A model generated the notes under the pieces. That model was not told the DNA's origin, did not search any database, and saw nothing but the letters and a program-made list of their open reading frames with translations. This document shows, in pieces, positions 53,498 to 58,346 of a stretch of DNA of 58,346 nucleotides (its first letter is position 1; each line of letters starts with the position of its first letter). This DNA comes from a virus (taxonomy: Duplodnaviria > Caudoviricetes): the IMG/VR virus record IMGVR_UViG_3300020477_000025, positions 1 to 58,346 of that record, one strand, 5' to 3'. The position numbers were made by a program, and so were the translations under genes.

Positions 53498-56482
53498 ATG
53501 GAAATATATTTACCTACAAAATTAAACCCTCAAGGGTGGCTCAGCGACGTGCTGCTGTCACAACTTTATAATGATGTATCTTCTGATGTTGATTTAGGAA
53601 GACTACATACAGCACTTTATAATAAGGATTACGCTGGGATTAAGAAAAAAATCATCAGCCTTCACCCTTCATACAGAAACAAGCTTTTGCCAAGTTTACA
53701 AAAAGTATCTAACAATGCAGGTAAAAACCCCACTAGTGTCCCCATAGATGAAAGATACGTTAAGTTTATGAGGGATTTAAAGCCTCATCACGTTGCTGCT
53801 ATGCAGCCGTACATACAAATATTTTTAAAAACTAAAAAAAATAGAAATAAAAAAGGAAGCTGGGCCGACGCTGATACCAAAGCCATTGTATTTAGACCTT
53901 TTGCAGATATTGGCCAATTGGCAGCACAAAATAAAGAAGGTGTATTAAAGAATAAATTTATGCGCGGCGAAGGGGCTGGCATTGAAAACATGTCCGTAAA
54001 AAGAGATTTTCCCGTTTGGGGCCTAGGCGCTTCATTTGAGGTAGATATAAGTTTCTTTTTTAGCAGTTTTCAAATATTTTCTGCAGGCCATCCGGTACAG
54101 GAACCAAAATCTGGCGCAACTGATGGCAATAGCCTTAAGGCAGACGACTATCTTAAGCTTATAACACCAGATTTAGATAATGAAATTGAAACTCTAAACC
54201 TTGAATATGGGTGGAAGATTAATAACAAAGGAGACTCTAGTTTTTGGGGTGTCAGTAAGGATGTTTTGCAGCTTGTTGAAAATGAAGAAAAAAAATCTTT
54301 TAGAATTAACTGGAATAAACATGATATAACATTCTCTGAGACGGGAGAAGTACAGATTAGGGTTAAATATTACGGTCTACCAGAAAATCAGGCATATACG
54401 ACACCAAAAAAGAAAAAAGAAAGCAATATTCTCAAGCCTTTAAACTTTGATATGTTAAAGGCTGTTACAAGTGAAGAAAATTTAACTGAAACTTTGAAAT
54501 CTTTAGAGTCGGCGAAAAAGGAAGTGAAAAAATTGACTGATTTGTGTTTAAACAAATTTGACAAAGACGGAAAACCACGAGATCCCAAAGAAATCGCAGA
54601 TTTGAAAGCAAAAATACCCGGCAGAAAAGAGGAAATACGAAGGCAAAGTATAGCCATAGAGAAGATGAAAAGAGATCTTGCACACAAAGCTAGCTCTTTA
54701 TTTTTAAAGAGAATTAAACAAAATAATAAATTGTTTCAAGTAAGATTTAGATCTTATCGAAAAGACGGAGAGACCGCCTTTGATGGTAAAGGCAAACACA
54801 CAATTGAGGCTCACTTTTTTAGAGTTGATCCGGATACAAAACTTGTTGGTAATTCTTCGATCGAAAAAGCAAAAGATTATGTTAAAAAAGGCGCCATAGC
54901 AAAATTTAAATCAACTTATAGTGTGCAGAAGAGCTTGTCAAAAAGTTTGGAAAAGCTTACTTGGCATAAAACTGCCGCAACCGCGAAAGAAAAGACTCGC
55001 AAACAATTAGACAAAATATTAGGTGCATTAACTTATAGTAATTTTGGCGCCGGCGAGTTTAAAACAACAGAAAAGATTATTGACTCTAAAGACTTGCCAT
55101 GCCCCAGCGGGATGAAGACTGCAATAAAACAAGACGCAAGCTTACCCGCGGGAAAACTAAAATGTGTGCCGAAAACCGTTCCTCAAAAAGGAGAATCACG
55201 ACCAGAATATAGGTTTTATGGAAATTTTATGTTTTTTCCTCTTAGGGATTTAATTTCTGTAATGCACGAGTTTTCAAATACTGGCAACAAAGAGGATAAC
55301 CCATACGACAGATATCCGATTGTTAGTTTAGGTAATATTATTTATAGACCAATGGGCAAGGATGTGACTGTTAATATTGGCGATATATTGATTGAAGTTG
55401 GAGTTTTCCAGCGCTGGTTTTATAATTCTGTAGTTGCGAAAGAGGCAAAAAACTGGACTTTTGGGCAGTTTATTCAATCTGTCATGGAAGAGCTAGTGCC
55501 GGCTGCTCTTGGTAGCTTTTCTTTGGCCAACAGCAGCGGCCCTACAAGCGCTATTGTCCATTCACCATTTCAGATATCAGAAAAGTATTTTAGAGCTTCA
55601 AAAAAGGGAAAGTCGGGAAAACACCCCGCAGATGAAATATATTTTATGCCTGAAGCCGGCTCTCTGGGGAGTGCCGACAATTTTAATCGCTACTTAGCAG
55701 AGCTAAAATCCAACAGTGAGTTGAAGAATGACCGCTCTGTTATACATTTTCATCAAAGATTTACTCCTCAAATCGCGGATACTGGCTTTAATACTCCAAT
55801 GCTTAAGCGCGTGCACGGTAGGAAATTTGATCGTGAAAAAGATGAAGTGGACGGCCTGTTTCACTTGTTTATTGGGAACTCAACTGGGCTTTTGGAAACC
55901 ATTTCTTTTTCCTATACAGATAATCCGGATTTAAGAACTGCTTTGGTGTTTGATAAATTTAAAGACATTGCGTTTCCGTATTTAAAGTTTGCATATTCGG
56001 CAAATTCAACTTTAACAGGAAATAATTTATTTTATAAAGGCGGGTTTTTTGTGCTTCCCGTTAGCCCGCTTGGAATCCCGGTAGAGCAGGATCCGGGCAT
56101 AACTGGTTATTATTGGATTCAGAATCTTGTTGATCAGTTCTCTATGGGTACTTACAAGACTGTCGTAAATGGAATAAACGCATATTCACCAGCCCTTTTT
56201 GCAAAAGAACAAAAATTTAGGAAGAAAGAAGAGCAATGTGGAATAAAGGAAATCAAAGAAAGGGCGCCGAAAGAAATTCCGATTGCTATAACTTACGGCA
56301 TAGATGAATACATACATAAAGATTTTATACTTGATCCAAAGATAGTTAAAATGTATAAATTAAGACCAAAAACCAAAGCTGAGAAAGATACCGCACCGGA
56401 ACCACCGGCAACAACGGCTGATCCATCGACGAATGTTTTAGCCGGCCCAGATAGCGGCATCGCCGGCCAGCCAATGATGTAA
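53498..56482 (+). CDS. Large baseplate hub-like protein
   Basis: 994 aa following the LysM wedge gene; LNLEYGW and the C-terminal GNNLF..G...GYYWI....F..G.YKT pattern recall gp27/late-control-D hubs. Confidence 0.5.
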   Translation: MEIYLPTKLNPQGWLSDVLLSQLYNDVSSDVDLGRLHTALYNKDYAGIKKKIISLHPSYRNKLLPSLQKVSNNAGKNPTSVPIDERYVKFMRDLKPHHVAAMQPYIQIFLKTKKNRNKKGSWADADTKAIVFRPFADIGQLAAQNKEGVLKNKFMRGEGAGIENMSVKRDFPVWGLGASFEVDISFFFSSFQIFSAGHPVQEPKSGATDGNSLKADDYLKLITPDLDNEIETLNLEYGWKINNKGDSSFWGVSKDVLQLVENEEKKSFRINWNKHDITFSETGEVQIRVKYYGLPENQAYTTPKKKKESNILKPLNFDMLKAVTSEENLTETLKSLESAKKEVKKLTDLCLNKFDKDGKPRDPKEIADLKAKIPGRKEEIRRQSIAIEKMKRDLAHKASSLFLKRIKQNNKLFQVRFRSYRKDGETAFDGKGKHTIEAHFFRVDPDTKLVGNSSIEKAKDYVKKGAIAKFKSTYSVQKSLSKSLEKLTWHKTAATAKEKTRKQLDKILGALTYSNFGAGEFKTTEKIIDSKDLPCPSGMKTAIKQDASLPAGKLKCVPKTVPQKGESRPEYRFYGNFMFFPLRDLISVMHEFSNTGNKEDNPYDRYPIVSLGNIIYRPMGKDVTVNIGDILIEVGVFQRWFYNSVVAKEAKNWTFGQFIQSVMEELVPAALGSFSLANSSGPTSAIVHSPFQISEKYFRASKKGKSGKHPADEIYFMPEAGSLGSADNFNRYLAELKSNSELKNDRSVIHFHQRFTPQIADTGFNTPMLKRVHGRKFDREKDEVDGLFHLFIGNSTGLLETISFSYTDNPDLRTALVFDKFKDIAFPYLKFAYSANSTLTGNNLFYKGGFFVLPVSPLGIPVEQDPGITGYYWIQNLVDQFSMGTYKTVVNGINAYSPALFAKEQKFRKKEEQCGIKEIKERAPKEIPIAITYGIDEYIHKDFILDPKIVKMYKLRPKTKAEKDTAPEPPATTADPSTNVLAGPDSGIAGQPMM

Positions 56483-56496
56483 CGTGAGATAATATT

Positions 56497-58119
56497 ATGG
56501 CAACTAGTGAATATATAAAAAGAGTACATAATAGAATTAAAAAGCTCCGGTCAAAGGGACAGCCCGTAATTGTTAACCTTGTTCCGTTTACACAAAAAGA
56601 TTATGCTGGGGTTGTAGAAAAGCCGCCGAGCATTGCTGTTGAAAAACAAGAAATTGTTGATAAATATGGTTTTATCTCAAATGCGGATAATAATGATGGC
56701 ACCGCTGAACAACACACTGGCAGAAAAAATTATAAAACTGTTTATAACGATGTTCGTAGAGGCGCTATTGATACATGGTATGATATGCCGTTTTTTGGTA
56801 GAATGGATTTAAATGGTTTTATTTCTCAATTTATTTTTGATAAAAATGTTGATCTAATTGACGTTGATACTGCAAAGATGCTTTCTTATGTTGCGGAAGC
56901 ATTTTTGCGAATGGCAGAAGAATATAATGCTAGGGCTGATTCAAAAATATGCTGCCGCGGCCTCAGTGAAGATACAATAATACCGAAAATGAAGGCAATA
57001 AGAAGCTATGAAGATCCCCACACTCTTCGTGACGCATATTTGGATAGAGTATATTTAGAATTTTTTGCAACAACTCTACAACAATACGTGCATAGCGAGA
57101 AAATTAAGAGTATTGATGATTTTTATTTATTGTTAAAAAATTATTTACGTGGAAGCGGACAAACGCTTACAACTCCGGGTTTTATGGAAAGCCAAGAAAG
57201 TACAGTGTTGGCCTCTGGCTTAGCAGTAGACATACATGATGCCGATCCAGACGATGACGCAGTTAAAATCAGGTTTTTAGAAGATCCTAACTTTGAAATA
57301 ATAGCCAATTTGGCTCTTAAATATGGTTTTAAGGTTGATATTAATATTCCATGGAGATTAATTTTTGATTATAGAACTCCGGAGTTTAAAAAGTACCTTA
57401 AGATGCACTCTTTGTGGGAACAAGAATCGGTTAGCAGTTTTTCTATGCGCTATCATGATGGCCTTGCTCCGTTAGCTGGTTACTCTATCTTTTCTTCAAA
57501 TTATAATGGGTTTGTGTCGACATTAAATAAATTTTATAAACGATTTATTGATGAATTTCCGGAGTACATTACACATTTTTCCCCAGCCCGAGCAGGGCGC
57601 CTCAAGGCTGCATTTTTGCAAAAAGAAACAATTGTTTTTTCCGGCCCAAAAGTCGAAAAGCTATATAGAAAGCCGGAAAATTCAAATAAGCTTCAAACGT
57701 TTGGAAATTTAAAAGTAGTATCAGAGAAGTACATAGATTGGTATGCTGACATAAGAAATATAGAAAGAAATGTCCCGTTCTCGCCGGCTCTTATGAGGTC
57801 TATAAAAAGAGAAAGTAGGAAAATTTATATGTTTGCTGTGGGAAAGCTTGAATCCGGAAAGAACGCTGATTTTATTTACCATTCAAATATGGCGATTAAT
57901 TATATTGAGTATTTATTAGGCACATCTGCTGCTTTTATTAAAAAATCCTTGACACGCTTGGAGTCAGATGCGACAATGGTTATAGATAAGGCAGTATTGT
58001 CTGAAAGTGTTTTAGTCGCCCCGGATAAACTCGTGGCAACTGATTTGGATCTTTCTGGGCCGGCTGCCTCTTCAACTGGCATGCCCTCTGGTGCGCCGAC
58101 TGCCACTACTGGCTATTGA
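56497..58119 (+). CDS. Hypothetical protein
   Basis: 540-aa ORF continuing the operon; no confident motif. Confidence 0.7.
   Translation: MATSEYIKRVHNRIKKLRSKGQPVIVNLVPFTQKDYAGVVEKPPSIAVEKQEIVDKYGFISNADNNDGTAEQHTGRKNYKTVYNDVRRGAIDTWYDMPFFGRMDLNGFISQFIFDKNVDLIDVDTAKMLSYVAEAFLRMAEEYNARADSKICCRGLSEDTIIPKMKAIRSYEDPHTLRDAYLDRVYLEFFATTLQQYVHSEKIKSIDDFYLLLKNYLRGSGQTLTTPGFMESQESTVLASGLAVDIHDADPDDDAVKIRFLEDPNFEIIANLALKYGFKVDINIPWRLIFDYRTPEFKKYLKMHSLWEQESVSSFSMRYHDGLAPLAGYSIFSSNYNGFVSTLNKFYKRFIDEFPEYITHFSPARAGRLKAAFLQKETIVFSGPKVEKLYRKPENSNKLQTFGNLKVVSEKYIDWYADIRNIERNVPFSPALMRSIKRESRKIYMFAVGKLESGKNADFIYHSNMAINYIEYLLGTSAAFIKKSLTRLESDATMVIDKAVLSESVLVAPDKLVATDLDLSGPAASSTGMPSGAPTATTGY
57949..57977 (+). promoter_or_regulatory. 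Possible sigma70-type promoter for the next gene block
   Basis: TTGACA, 17-nt spacer, GACAAT, with a TG extended -10 and an upstream A/T tract; intragenic, and the -10 is imperfect. Confidence 0.35.
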
Positions 58120-58346
58120 TGATTTTTCAAGTCTTAGACAACAAAAACAAGTGCACGAAGATTTATGCGGATGGCGCCATTTGTAGTGAACTCCCTTTAG
58201 GTCTACAGGGAACTTGGGAATATAAAGACAATTTGCCCCCCGAGGTCGATTTTGCAAAATTGTATTGCAGCGGCGCGAACATAAATGATGTCTGCCCAGA
58301 ATATTTAAAGGTACAGTGGGAAAATGTAAGCGATAAACTCAAAGCA
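58119..58346 (+). CDS. Hypothetical protein, 3'-truncated (MIFQVLDNKNKCTKIYADG...)
   Basis: TGATG overlap with the previous stop; the frame stays open for 76 codons to the window end; absent from the supplied ORF track. Confidence 0.7.
   Translation, partial: MIFQVLDNKNKCTKIYADGAICSELPLGLQGTWEYKDNLPPEVDFAKLYCSGANINDVCPEYLKVQWENVSDKLKA

Noticed and set aside
42622-56482. Extracellular contractile injection system or tailocin locus
   Set aside because: Terminase, portal, protease, scaffold and capsid genes are contiguous with the tail genes, so this is a complete phage morphogenesis region.
1977-58257. Numerous 60-190 aa minus-strand and nested plus-strand ORFs in the supplied track
   Set aside because: They lie inside long, motif-bearing plus-strand genes, lack SD sites and recognisable motifs, and look like antisense or shadow frames.
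1-58346. Alternative genetic code (stop-codon reassignment), as seen in some large phages
   Set aside because: Core genes are full length in code 11, and TAA, TAG and TGA all terminate genes at sensible positions.
1-58346. CRISPR array, tRNA genes, integrase or transposase
   Set aside because: I saw no regularly spaced repeats, no cloverleaf with a T-loop consensus in the few intergenic gaps, and no recombinase or transposase motifs.

Overview
A 58 kb, AT-rich, almost entirely plus-strand segment of a large T4-related contractile-tailed (myovirus, probably jumbo) phage genome, read in standard code 11. It holds most of the virion morphogenesis region, in this order: giant LamG-bearing baseplate/fibre proteins and Cys-rich ORFans; a small replication/recombination island (RuvC-like resolvase, primase, fused SbcD-SbcC/gp47-gp46); a holin/spanin-like cassette; terminase, portal, prohead protease, ribosomal protein bS21, scaffold and major capsid protein; an inserted cassette (fibre-like protein plus two 2OG-Fe(II) oxygenases); then neck, sheath, two tube paralogs, chaperone, tape measure and baseplate genes. 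Notable signals the ORF track does not explain: (1) a ~100-nt three-way-junction RNA with complementary kissing loops, behind its own late promoter directly after the capsid gene; (2) an unannotated 22-aa, 9-Cys metallothionein-like ORF, a second Cys micro-ORF, and myxobacterial-style Cys modules grafted into the scaffold and baseplate proteins; (3) strong frame-independent over-representation of GCCGGC/CCGG; (4) a non-T4 late promoter motif, ACTAWTTA; (5) a probably leaderless, sigma70-driven primase mRNA alongside a late bS21 gene; (6) a likely +1 tail-chaperone frameshift; (7) a shared LKxIIxEE N-terminal motif on putative internal head proteins. All calls come from motif reading and gene order; no database searches were run and all counts are manual.
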